Below, one piece after another: positions 35,947 to 45,450 of a stretch of 64,000 bases of DNA (the stretch's first letter is position 1; every line of letters starts with the position of its first letter). The notes under the pieces are model-generated. The model had not been told where the DNA came from. It searched no databases and saw only the letters and a program-made list of their open reading frames with translations. Both the position numbers and the translations under genes were made by a program. Source of the stretch: Armatimonadota bacterium (GTDB taxonomy: Bacteria; Cloacimonadota; Cloacimonadia; Cloacimonadales; TCS61). The stretch is taken from contig JABMPU010000035.1 of the NCBI GenBank assembly GCA_013203665.1, positions 113-64,112 on the forward strand, written 5' to 3'.

Positions 35947-36348
35947 ATGAAACGCAAAGGCACCAGCATAATTTTTGTGAACGATAAGCAGCAGGTTCTG
36001 CTCTTCCTGCGGGATGACAAACCTGATATCATCTATCCCAATATGTGGGATGTTCCCGGTGGTCATGTAGAACCGGATGAAACGCCGGAACAATGCATTA
36101 TCCGCGAAATGAAGGAAGAAATGGATATCGACTTGAAGGATTTTCATCTTCTTTATGTGAAAGAATTCAAAGACCGCATCGAATACACATATTGGAAAAA
36201 CGCCAACTTGAATATTGATGAGATAAACTTGATGGAAGGTCAATGCTTGAAATGGTTTACTCGAAAAGAAGCGAAGAATACTGAACTGGCTTACGGATTT
36301 AATGAGATTGTGGAGGAGTTTTATAATTGGATAGGAGAGAAAATATGA
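35947..36348 (+). CDS. NUDIX hydrolase
   Basis: The Nudix box is GGHVEPDETPEQCIIREMKEEMDI. Confidence 0.9.
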   Translation: MKRKGTSIIFVNDKQQVLLFLRDDKPDIIYPNMWDVPGGHVEPDETPEQCIIREMKEEMDIDLKDFHLLYVKEFKDRIEYTYWKNANLNIDEINLMEGQCLKWFTRKEAKNTELAYGFNEIVEEFYNWIGEKI

Positions 36349-36917
36349 ACCGATGTCCTTGGGGAACTGCTGATGATTTATACATCCGCTACCACGATGA
36401 AGAGTGGGGTGTTCCTATTTATGATGACCGAAAGCAATTTGAATTTTTAGTATTAGAATCTGCACAAGCAGGATTGAGCTGGCATACAATATTGAAAAAA
36501 CGGGAAAATTACCGGGCAGCTTATGATGGATTCGATGTGGAGAAAGTGGCAAAATATGATGAAGAAAAAATCGAAGAATTAATGCAGAATGCCGGCATTA
36601 TCCGCAATCGCAAAAAGATAGAAGCTTCTATAAATAACGCCAGGATATTCCTGGAAATCCAAAAAGAATTCGGTAGTTTCTGCAATTATCTCTGGGGATT
36701 TGTAGATGGTAAACCGATTGTAAACAAATGGGCTGAAATCTCCCAGATTCCCGCCAGAACCGAACTTTCCGATCGTATCAGCAAAGATATAAAAAAGCGT
36801 GGATTCAAATTTCTGGGTTCCATTACCATTTATTCTCACATGCAGGCAACAGGTCTCGTGAATGATCATTTGAAGAATTGCTTTCGCTGGAAGGAATGTC
36901 AGAAATATAAAAAATGA
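36345..36917 (+). CDS. tag: DNA-3-methyladenine glycosylase I
   Basis: MNRCPWGTADDLYIRYHDEEWGVPIYDDRKQFEFLVLESAQAGLSW is the Tag signature. The start at 36345 has a ggagag RBS. Confidence 0.92.
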   Translation: MNRCPWGTADDLYIRYHDEEWGVPIYDDRKQFEFLVLESAQAGLSWHTILKKRENYRAAYDGFDVEKVAKYDEEKIEELMQNAGIIRNRKKIEASINNARIFLEIQKEFGSFCNYLWGFVDGKPIVNKWAEISQIPARTELSDRISKDIKKRGFKFLGSITIYSHMQATGLVNDHLKNCFRWKECQKYKK

Positions 36918-36958
36918 AAGTAAAAAAAGTTTATTGAAATTGGATATAAGGAGTTCCA

Positions 36959-37693
36959 ATGCCCTGTTTCTACACTCCAGAACTAAAAGAACAAGATTCA
37001 AAAATTATGATCTCAGGTGAAGAATATCATCATATTATCGATGTTTTCAGAAAATCAATTGAATCTGAAATTCTGCTAACCAACGGAAAAGGACTATTAG
37101 CAAAAACAAAAATCACATCAATAAACAAAAAAAAATTAACTGTTTCAATACTTTCGATTAATAAGGAAAAGCAATCTCAACCTAAAATCGCAGTTGCCTT
37201 CTCTATCTTAAAAAATAAACATGATTTTTTGATTATTGAAAAACTTACTGAACTGGGAATCAAAGAATTTTTTCCTATCATTACAGATAGGACTGTAAGA
37301 AAACCATCAAAAAACACAACCATAAAATTTAAAAAAACTGCTATTGCTGCAATAAAACAGTGCGATAATTCATTTTTACCAAAAGTTAATAACACAACCA
37401 GCTTGACAGAATTTTTAGTAAATATAAAAGAAAATTATAAGCCTGTCGTTGCCTTGGAAGTGGGAGAAAACAGACAGCTTTGGGAAGTTTTAAGTTCATT
37501 AAATGAGGAAAATATTTGTTTGGTTATCGGTCCGGAAGGTGGTTTTACTAATGAAGAAATTGAGATATTCAAGGACAAGAATATTCAAGCATTCAATTTG
37601 GGGAATCATATCGTACGAGCGGAAACTGCAGCGATTGCTGCTTCTGCACAGCTATTAGGATATTTTCTAAAGAAAAATCCGGAATATTATTAA
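36959..37693 (+). CDS. rsmE: 16S rRNA (uracil1498-N3)-methyltransferase
   Basis: The N-terminal PUA-like region reads GEEYHHIIDVFR, and the SPOUT C-terminus reads LVIGPEGGFTNEEI...LGNHIVRAETAAI. Confidence 0.85.
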   Translation: MPCFYTPELKEQDSKIMISGEEYHHIIDVFRKSIESEILLTNGKGLLAKTKITSINKKKLTVSILSINKEKQSQPKIAVAFSILKNKHDFLIIEKLTELGIKEFFPIITDRTVRKPSKNTTIKFKKTAIAAIKQCDNSFLPKVNNTTSLTEFLVNIKENYKPVVALEVGENRQLWEVLSSLNEENICLVIGPEGGFTNEEIEIFKDKNIQAFNLGNHIVRAETAAIAASAQLLGYFLKKNPEYY

Positions 37694-37712
37694 AAAAAAT
37701 CAGGAGGAAATC

Positions 37713-38096
37713 ATGGAAAAGAGCGAAAGCAAAGTAACAAAAACTGTTAGAGATGGTGTAATCAAAGCCTATAATTTAGGTGAAGACATTGTTCATGCTG
37801 TTGGCAGCATCACCAAAGAAATCATTAAAACATCAAAAGATGAAGAACTTACTACCAAAGAAAAAGTTCAAACTCTGGCAAAAGAAGCTTTGGAAGGAGC
37901 AAAACAGGGAGCAAAAGTAGTTCATTCAGAAAGCAAAGAATTTGCACCCAAAGCAGGTAAAGCTATTTTTGAAGCGATTAAATTTTCCGCTCCTAAAGTT
38001 GCCCACTTTGCTAAAGAAGCTTTCACAGGAATTTACGAAGGTGCTAAAGATGTTTATGAAACTAAAAAAGGTGAAATAAAGGAAAAAGAAGAATAG
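37713..38096 (+). CDS. Hypothetical Lys/Glu/Ala-rich helical protein
   Basis: It has a good RBS (aggagg). The composition is repetitive (KEA.EGAK.GAK). No recognisable domain was seen. Confidence 0.5.
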   Translation: MEKSESKVTKTVRDGVIKAYNLGEDIVHAVGSITKEIIKTSKDEELTTKEKVQTLAKEALEGAKQGAKVVHSESKEFAPKAGKAIFEAIKFSAPKVAHFAKEAFTGIYEGAKDVYETKKGEIKEKEE

Positions 38097-38128
38097 CAGA
38101 AATATCTCAAAATTTTCCCATCAATTTT

Positions 38129-39226
38129 ATGAAAATAGCTCGACCAACTTTGCTTTTAGATAAAGAGAAGTGTTGGAAAAATATTCAGGAAATGGTTTTA
38201 AAAGCCAAAAAATTTGATCTGAAGTTTCGTCCACATTTCAAGACTCATCAATCTGCCGGGATTGGTAAATGGTTTAAAGATTTTGAAGTAAATTCTATCT
38301 CGGTATCTTCTGTTGATATGGCGATTTATTTTTTCCAAAATGGATGGAATGATATCACCATAGCCTTTCCTTTCAATCAATTAGAAATTGATGAAGTTAA
38401 TAAATTAGCTCAACAAATTAACTTAAATGTTCTTTTGGTTTCTTCGGGATCAATAGAATTTTTAAAGAAAAATTTAAAGAACAAAATTGGATTTTATATC
38501 GAAGTTGATACAGGTTATCACCGCTCAGGAATTCGAGCTGAAAATATTAATGAATTTGATTCAGTTTTAAAGCAATCTAAAGATATTCCCTTATTAGATT
38601 TTAAAGGTTTTCTAAATCATTCAGGAAATTCATATCATGCAAAATCACAAAAAGAAATTTCGCAAATCCATCATAAATCTCTCCAAAAAATGAAAGAGTT
38701 GAGATCTCGATACTTATCTCAATTTCCCCAACTTGAGCTCTCGATCGGAGATACACCTTGTTGCAGCCTGATGAATGATTTTACCGGTATTGATGAGATT
38801 CGCCCCGGGAATTTCGTTTTTTATGATGTCATGCAATATCGGTTGGGTTCATGTTCAATCGGGCAAATTGCAGTTACTCTTGCCTGCCCTGTCGTTGCAA
38901 AAAATCAAGAACTAAAAGAAATCATAATTTATGGAGGAGCAGTTCATCTTTCCAAAGAATATATTCTACAGAATGGTTCGAAATGTTTTGGATACATTGT
39001 TAGATTGAGAAAAGATGGTTGGGAAAAACCTCTTAAAAATACTTTCATAATATCTCTTTCGCAGGAACACGGAATCATTAAAACTACAGATGAAGAATTT
39101 GATAAAATTCATATTGGAGATATCATCGGAGTTTTACCTGTTCATTCTTGCTTAACTGCAAATTTAATGAAACAATATTTAACTTTGGATGAAGAAATTA
39201 TCCCTCATATGCAAAAAAAATGCTAA
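38129..39226 (+). CDS. PLP-dependent D-amino-acid aldolase/deaminase-like enzyme (alanine racemase N-terminal fold, D-TA/DSD1 family)
   Basis: LKFRPHFKTHQS carries the PLP lysine context. The barrel has the alr N-terminal fold. The C-terminus reads GVLPVHSCLT, as in D-threonine aldolase/D-serine dehydratase-like proteins. Confidence 0.65.
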   Translation: MKIARPTLLLDKEKCWKNIQEMVLKAKKFDLKFRPHFKTHQSAGIGKWFKDFEVNSISVSSVDMAIYFFQNGWNDITIAFPFNQLEIDEVNKLAQQINLNVLLVSSGSIEFLKKNLKNKIGFYIEVDTGYHRSGIRAENINEFDSVLKQSKDIPLLDFKGFLNHSGNSYHAKSQKEISQIHHKSLQKMKELRSRYLSQFPQLELSIGDTPCCSLMNDFTGIDEIRPGNFVFYDVMQYRLGSCSIGQIAVTLACPVVAKNQELKEIIIYGGAVHLSKEYILQNGSKCFGYIVRLRKDGWEKPLKNTFIISLSQEHGIIKTTDEEFDKIHIGDIIGVLPVHSCLTANLMKQYLTLDEEIIPHMQKKC

Positions 39227-39279
39227 ATGATAAATGCTAAGTGCTACAATGCTAAATGCTAAAAAGCTAAGAGCTAAAT

Positions 39280-40299
39280 ATGTTTATAGATTACGCAAAA
39301 ATCAGAGTTGAGTCCGGCAAAGGCGGAAACGGTTGCGTCAGCTTCCGACGCGAAAAATTTGTATCAAAAGGTGGACCCGACGGCGGTGATGGTGGAAAAG
39401 GGGGAAATGTAATTGTGGTAGGTGATGAGAATGTAAACACCTTATTAGCATATCGTTACAATCACTTTTACAAAGCAAAGAACGGCAGGAACGGAATGGG
39501 TAACAATAAAACCGGAGCCAGAGGAGAAGACATCATCCTTAGATTTCCTTTAGGAACCGAGATCTATGATATCACACATGGAGAGAAAAATAAAATTGCC
39601 GAAATTACCCATAATAACGAGAAAATCGTGATTGTCAAAGGCGGGAATGGCGGCAGAGGAAACACACGATTCAAAAGTGCAACAAACAAAGCTCCACGTT
39701 TTGCCAAGCCCGGCGGAAACAGCGAATATTTTGAATTGGAATTGAACTTGAAATTGATGGCTGATGTCGGTTTAGTCGGTTTCCCAAATGCCGGAAAATC
39801 CACTTTGTTGAGCGTAGTTTCCGAAGCTCATCCCAAAATTGCAGACTATAGATTTACAACTTTAGAGCCTACATTAGGAGTTGTTCATATTGGAAATTTT
39901 GAAACTTTCGTGATGGCAGATATTCCCGGTTTGATCGAAGGAGCTCACGATGGTAAAGGTTTAGGAGTCCAGTTTTTAAAACATATTCAGCGAACCAAGA
40001 TTCTGCTTTTTATGATCGATGTAAATTCTATAGATCCTTTTGATGATTACCAGGTTTTGAAAAAGGAACTTCATCTTTATGATCCTTATCTGGATAAAAA
40101 GCCGCATGTTATCGTTCTCAGCAAAATCGACACGGTTCCGGAAAATGAAAAGAAAGATTTAGTGCAAATTATGAAAGGTGAATTTGAAGAAAAGCTTCAT
40201 GAACAGATTTTTCCGATTTCTTCAGTTTCCGGTGAAAATATAAGAGAGATGAAGAAGAAACTTATTAATATTCTAAAAAAAGATGATGAAGAAAATTAA
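39280..40299 (+). CDS. obg: GTPase Obg/CgtA
   Basis: MFIDYAKIRVESGKGGNGCVSFRREKF..GGPDGGDGGKGG is the Obg fold. The G1 motif is GFPNAGKST, with DIPGLIEGA and SKID downstream. Confidence 0.95.
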   Translation: MFIDYAKIRVESGKGGNGCVSFRREKFVSKGGPDGGDGGKGGNVIVVGDENVNTLLAYRYNHFYKAKNGRNGMGNNKTGARGEDIILRFPLGTEIYDITHGEKNKIAEITHNNEKIVIVKGGNGGRGNTRFKSATNKAPRFAKPGGNSEYFELELNLKLMADVGLVGFPNAGKSTLLSVVSEAHPKIADYRFTTLEPTLGVVHIGNFETFVMADIPGLIEGAHDGKGLGVQFLKHIQRTKILLFMIDVNSIDPFDDYQVLKKELHLYDPYLDKKPHVIVLSKIDTVPENEKKDLVQIMKGEFEEKLHEQIFPISSVSGENIREMKKKLINILKKDDEEN

Positions 40300-41371
40300 A
40301 GCCTGGATTAAGCTGCTCGAAACTCCTGAAATTGGCAATGCAAAAGCAATAAGATTAACTGAAATTCTGGGTGAGCCTAAAAATTTCATCGGCAAACCGG
40401 ATGACAGACTAACTGACATCGATTTTATTTCCGAATCCGCTAAAGAGAACCTGGCAAAAGGTTCCAAGCTGGAAAACTGGGATAAAATTGCAGAGCTAAT
40501 GGAAACTTTCGAAATCAAGTTCATTTCAATTCTGGATAAAGATTATCCGACATTATTAAAATCAATCTACACTCCACCACCCTTTTTATTCTACAGGGGA
40601 AAGCTGGATAAAGATATATTCCGAAGAACCATCGCCATAGTGGGAACACGAAAGCCGACAAATTACGGCAAAATAATGACAAAAAGAATTGGTAGTAAAC
40701 TGGTTCAAGCAGGATTTACAATTGTAAGCGGTCTTGCCTATGGAATCGATACGATAGCTCATTTATCGACCTTTGAAAATAATGGCAGGACGATTGCAGT
40801 TCTGGGAACCGGTTGTGACCAGATTTATCCCCCGATAAACCGTGAGATTGCAGAAAAAATCATAGAAACCGGGGCTTTGATTTCAGAATACCTTCCCGGT
40901 CAAAAGGTTGAAAAATGGAATTTTCCCACTAGGAACAGGATAATCAGCGGCATAAGTTTGGGAAGTTTGATCATCGAAGGTTCAAAGAAAAGTGGAGCAC
41001 TTCTAACTGCAAAATTCGCTTTAGACCAGAATCGTGATGTTTTTGCTCTTCCCGGAGATATTAACAGGGAACAATCTGCAGGTCCGAATTATTTGATTAA
41101 ATTGGGGGCAAAAATCGTAACCTGCCCGGATGACATCCTGGAAGAATACGACCTTGTTCTCGATAGACCGGAGAAGCCATTTCCAAAACTTTCTGAGAAA
41201 GAAGACAACATCTACCAGGTTCTTTTGGAGAACAAACCTGAAATCCAGTTTGATGATTTAATGTTGAAAACCGGCTATTCCGTTGGTGAACTTTCCACAG
41301 TTCTGCTTTCCCTGGAATTGAAAAGTATAATTAAGAAAGTTCCGGGGAATAAGATTGTGCCGTTGTATTGA
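40283..41371 (+). CDS. dprA: DNA-processing protein DprA
   Basis: AIVGTRKPTNYG, SGLAYGIDTIAH and the SGALLTA pattern are present. It overlaps the obg 3' end by 17 nt. Confidence 0.9.
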   Translation: MMKKIKAWIKLLETPEIGNAKAIRLTEILGEPKNFIGKPDDRLTDIDFISESAKENLAKGSKLENWDKIAELMETFEIKFISILDKDYPTLLKSIYTPPPFLFYRGKLDKDIFRRTIAIVGTRKPTNYGKIMTKRIGSKLVQAGFTIVSGLAYGIDTIAHLSTFENNGRTIAVLGTGCDQIYPPINREIAEKIIETGALISEYLPGQKVEKWNFPTRNRIISGISLGSLIIEGSKKSGALLTAKFALDQNRDVFALPGDINREQSAGPNYLIKLGAKIVTCPDDILEEYDLVLDRPEKPFPKLSEKEDNIYQVLLENKPEIQFDDLMLKTGYSVGELSTVLLSLELKSIIKKVPGNKIVPLY

Positions 41372-41413
41372 TTTTTTTATTGACTAAAGAATTAGTATAA
41401 AATTAAAGAAAAT

Positions 41414-44400
41414 ATGACAAACATCAAAACTAACGAACGAGAATTAGCAAGCAAGATTGCTCAATGGTTCAACGAGCAAATAAATAGAGGAAAATATCCT
41501 TTTACATCTGCAAGTTGTGAACCTGGAATTAAAGTAGGAAAAACAACTTATTTCGGTGATATTATAATTTGGAAAAACAGGGAAATAGATAAAGCATTTT
41601 CCTATATTGAACTCAAACCACCATTTGGAGAAACTGAGAATTTAGAACGATTCAGAGAAAAAGCTATTCAGTTAAAAGTTAAAATCGCTTACACTTGGGA
41701 TTTTCAATCTTTGAATGCTTATGAAATAAAAGATAATAAAATTGAATTGTCTGCAACAGAAACATATTCTGTTCTAACGAATATTGAAGATTGGAAAAGA
41801 GGTGATAAACAAGCTTATATTAAAGCTTTCATTTCCAGGATTTGTGATGAGTTGTTAAATTTTTCCGAAAAAGGAAAGTTCCGAAAATTTAAACCTGAAA
41901 AGCATTATTTTATCCGCTTCTTACGAAATATCGTTGATGATCTGATTCCTTTATTCGAGCAATTTATCAGAGTATTCCATAAACAAAAAGAATTCAAAAG
42001 CATAATTAATAGGTTTGTTGCTGAACAGGGAATTGCCTATCCAAATGATGAAGATTTTTACAGATTAATTGCCAGCCAACGAGTTTATGGCTTGATTACA
42101 AAAATCATTTTTTATCTAACCATAAAAAGACACTTTAAAGAATTGCCCGAGTTATATTCTGAAGATGAGAAAGATCTCGAAGCAAATTTGAATTCTGCTT
42201 TTTCTAATGCTCGGGAAATTGACTGGCAGGCAGTTTTTGAAACTGATCCGATAGAAGAATTGGGAATTCCAAAGGAAGCTTATTCTTCTTTAAATGAATT
42301 GTTCTCACATCTAAAAATCTATAATTTCGGGGCTTTACCGGAAGATGTTATCGGTGAATTATTTGAAGAAATAATTGATCCCAAAAGACGACACGAATTA
42401 GGACAATATTTCACTCGCGAAGATCTCGTTGATTTAATCATTGCTACAATTGTGAATGATAAAGATAAAATCTATGCAGACCCGACTTGCGGTTCGGGAA
42501 CATTTCTCATCAGGTTGTATGATAGATTGAAATTTTTAAGCGGATACAGAATGAAGCATGAACAAGTTTTAGACAGGATCTGGGGAATCGATATTGGAAA
42601 ATTTCCCGCTGAACTTTCAACGATAAATTTATTCAGGCAATCTCCGAGTAATTTTGAAAATTTTCCCCGCATTATTCATAAAGATATTTTTGAAATATCT
42701 GTAGGACAGGAAATCGAATTTCCTCCGAATAATGTGAATTACAATCAGAGATATAACAAAATCAAAATAAAAATTCCTGAATTTTATGGTTTGGTTGGAA
42801 ACTTTCCGTATATCAAGCAGGATCTGATAGAAAAGAATGTGAAAGGATATAAGCAATTTCTTACTAAATTGTTGGCTTATGAATACCTCGGAGATTATCC
42901 GAAATTATTTAAATTAAACCATATTAAAGAAGCTGAATTCAAGAACTTCTTAGAAAAACCAGAATCAGAAAGAAAGAAACGAATTGATCACTGGTTAAAA
43001 AATAAATATGTTGAATTAAAATTATCAGGACAAGCTGATATTTACACTTACATTTTTATTCACACTGCAACTCTTCTTAGTAAAGCCGGTTCATTTGCCA
43101 TAATTACTTCAAATTCTTGGTTAGATGTCGCTTATGGTTCTGTTCTCAAAAAATTCTTTTTAGACCATTTCAAGATCAAGATGATAATTGCTTCCTGGGC
43201 AGAACCTTGGTTTGATGATGCTGCTGTGAATACCGTGTTCACAATTCTGGAAAAATGCGATGATGAAAAAGAACGAGATAACAACCTTGTTCATTTTGTA
43301 AAACTAAAGAAAAAATTAGAAGAACTAATACCGGAAAGAAATCTTAAAATCGAATCTAATAATCGCTGGAGAAGAATTGACGGAATTGTAAACACTATTG
43401 AATCTGCTCAATTTAAAGCTGATAAGATCGATGAGAAAATATCTTCTTTTGAAAATGAACAAATGCGTGTTCGAATGGTGAAACAGGAAAAACTCTTAGA
43501 AGAGCAAACATCGCAAAACGATCTTTCCAAATGGGGTAAATATCTAAGAGCACCGGATGTTTATTTTGATATTCTGGAAAAATGCAAAGATAAACTTGTT
43601 AGTCTCAAAGATATTACAAAAAGCTGCCAACGTGGTAAGACATCTGGAATTACAGATTTCTTTTATTTGCAAAATGTAAATGATGAATTCACAAATATTT
43701 CAAAAAAATGGCAAGGTAAAATTGAAAAATGTTACTTGAAAAAAGTAATAAAATCACCAAAAGAAAGTAAAAGTATAGAAATAAAACAGGAAAATTTAAA
43801 ATATTATTTATTTGTATGTAATAAAAGCAAAAATGAACTAAAAAAACTTAATCATTTTGGAGCTCTTACTTATATTGATTGGGGTGAAACCCAAAGAACC
43901 AAAAATAATGTACTTTGGCCGGAAGTTCCCTCTGTGCAGGGAAGACAATATTGGTGGTCATTTGAAATACGTGAACCATCAAAAGTATTATGGACCGAAA
44001 TGTGCAACGATAATTTTAGAACGTTACATAATAGTAAAAAAGTAATAGAAAGTGATAAATTTTATAGAATTGATACTGAAGATAAAAAGCTTTCTGAGAA
44101 TATTGGATACTATTTAAATTCAACTATTTGCTTTCTATTCCGAGAATTGAATTCGTTCATTTCATTAGGAGACGGTGTCATAAAAACACCTGTTTACGAA
44201 TTACAGAATTTAGAAATTCCTAGTAGTATTAAAGAATTCAAATATAAAAATGATAAACTATTATCTCGTAATATAGCAAAAATATTTAAAGAAGTTAAAC
44301 TCAAAGATCGTCAAGAACTGGACAAAGCAGTTTTACAAGCACTCGGTTTAAATCCGGAAGAATATCTTCAACGTATTTATGATGGCCTAACTCAAATGGT

Positions 44401-44914
44401 AAGAGAGCGTCTAGATTTACCCAAAATGCGCAAGAAAAGAAGAAGACAACAAATTCAAATCTCTTACAATGAAGTTAAAACTTCTGTGGTAAATGAAATC
44501 ATCGGCAGCCAACTGAAAAAATTCCCTGAAGATTTTTATACGGATGCAAAGCTGGGTCATGATTATGAAAGTATAGAAACAGCAATTTATAATACCAGTG
44601 GGAAAGTACTTCACATCGATGAGTTTATGCATATCTGCACTTTGATAGATGAAGATGGTGAAGAAATATTTTCTACAAAAAATTTACAAGAAGCTCAGTT
44701 TGCTGTGATTCTGGCAAAACCTGATATTTTTAGATTAAAGATTCCGAAAGATGAAAAGATAACAAAAAGCATTTTAGACAATTATAAAAATTATGTTAAT
44801 CAATTAAAAGAACAATTAGAAGCAAATGCTCAACAAAAATTGCATAGCTGGAACGAAGCTGAACAAATGGCAAAAGAGATTTTGGAAGAGTATGGGTTGA
44901 GGATTTTATGGTAG
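41414..44914 (+). CDS. 1166-aa single-chain nuclease + N6-adenine DNA methyltransferase + large C-terminal (TRD-like) region; Type IIG-like RM enzyme with a non-canonical motif IV
   Basis: The N-terminal PD-(D/E)xK-like motif is YFGDIIIWKNREIDKAFSYIELKP. The MTase motifs are GQYFTREDLVDLI, motif I YADPTCGSGTFLI and motif IV LVGNFPYIKQD (NFPY instead of NPPY). No helicase motifs were seen. Confidence 0.75.
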   Translation: MTNIKTNERELASKIAQWFNEQINRGKYPFTSASCEPGIKVGKTTYFGDIIIWKNREIDKAFSYIELKPPFGETENLERFREKAIQLKVKIAYTWDFQSLNAYEIKDNKIELSATETYSVLTNIEDWKRGDKQAYIKAFISRICDELLNFSEKGKFRKFKPEKHYFIRFLRNIVDDLIPLFEQFIRVFHKQKEFKSIINRFVAEQGIAYPNDEDFYRLIASQRVYGLITKIIFYLTIKRHFKELPELYSEDEKDLEANLNSAFSNAREIDWQAVFETDPIEELGIPKEAYSSLNELFSHLKIYNFGALPEDVIGELFEEIIDPKRRHELGQYFTREDLVDLIIATIVNDKDKIYADPTCGSGTFLIRLYDRLKFLSGYRMKHEQVLDRIWGIDIGKFPAELSTINLFRQSPSNFENFPRIIHKDIFEISVGQEIEFPPNNVNYNQRYNKIKIKIPEFYGLVGNFPYIKQDLIEKNVKGYKQFLTKLLAYEYLGDYPKLFKLNHIKEAEFKNFLEKPESERKKRIDHWLKNKYVELKLSGQADIYTYIFIHTATLLSKAGSFAIITSNSWLDVAYGSVLKKFFLDHFKIKMIIASWAEPWFDDAAVNTVFTILEKCDDEKERDNNLVHFVKLKKKLEELIPERNLKIESNNRWRRIDGIVNTIESAQFKADKIDEKISSFENEQMRVRMVKQEKLLEEQTSQNDLSKWGKYLRAPDVYFDILEKCKDKLVSLKDITKSCQRGKTSGITDFFYLQNVNDEFTNISKKWQGKIEKCYLKKVIKSPKESKSIEIKQENLKYYLFVCNKSKNELKKLNHFGALTYIDWGETQRTKNNVLWPEVPSVQGRQYWWSFEIREPSKVLWTEMCNDNFRTLHNSKKVIESDKFYRIDTEDKKLSENIGYYLNSTICFLFRELNSFISLGDGVIKTPVYELQNLEIPSSIKEFKYKNDKLLSRNIAKIFKEVKLKDRQELDKAVLQALGLNPEEYLQRIYDGLTQMVRERLDLPKMRKKRRRQQIQISYNEVKTSVVNEIIGSQLKKFPEDFYTDAKLGHDYESIETAIYNTSGKVLHIDEFMHICTLIDEDGEEIFSTKNLQEAQFAVILAKPDIFRLKIPKDEKITKSILDNYKNYVNQLKEQLEANAQQKLHSWNEAEQMAKEILEEYGLRILW

Positions 44915-45450
44915 ATTTAAAGACTATCCTAGCTCATATCTTAAAACACTTTAAAGAATACGAAATTGGCTATGGTAAAACCAGATTACTTAAAATAGCT
45001 TATTTGGTAGAGCTTTTCTATTATCGTAATGAAATGAAGCGATTGACCAATGAAGAATGGATTTTTTATAAATTTGGTCCGTATTTAATGAATTATGATA
45101 ATATCCTTAATGATAAAAAGATATTTGTTGTTGAAGACATTAAAGATGATTTTACAAAAGTTACATTAAATGAAAGTGCTACAATTCCTGTATTACCATC
45201 TGAAATTAGTCTTATTATTAATCATTCAGTAAAAAAATATGGAAACATGGATTTCTATAAATTATTGGATTATGTTTATTATGATACAGAACCAATGATA
45301 GATGTTAATAAAAGATTAGATAAATTGGATTTCAGCTCAGTTAAACCCCAAAAATATTACGAAATCAAAGAATTTAAAAATTTAGATAAAATACTTGAGA
45401 AATTAAATTTTAAATATCAAGAAAAATTTAAAAATGCCAGAAAAATATAA
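44908..45450 (+). CDS. Panacea-domain (DUF4065, SocA/GepA-like) protein, candidate antitoxin
   Basis: GKTRLLKIAYLVELFYYRNEMKRLTNEEWIFYKFGPY follows the DUF4065 pattern (t.lKLqKLlYyaq...g.pL..e.f.AW.yGPv). The later stretch VKKYGNMDFYKLLDYVYYDTEPM matches the second conserved block. The ATG overlaps the methylase stop (ATGGTAG). Confidence 0.6.
   Translation: MVDLKTILAHILKHFKEYEIGYGKTRLLKIAYLVELFYYRNEMKRLTNEEWIFYKFGPYLMNYDNILNDKKIFVVEDIKDDFTKVTLNESATIPVLPSEISLIINHSVKKYGNMDFYKLLDYVYYDTEPMIDVNKRLDKLDFSSVKPQKYYEIKEFKNLDKILEKLNFKYQEKFKNARKI

Noticed and set aside
36579-37001. 140-aa minus-strand ORF
   Set aside because: It is antisense to tag and the rsmE start, and it has no supporting signals.
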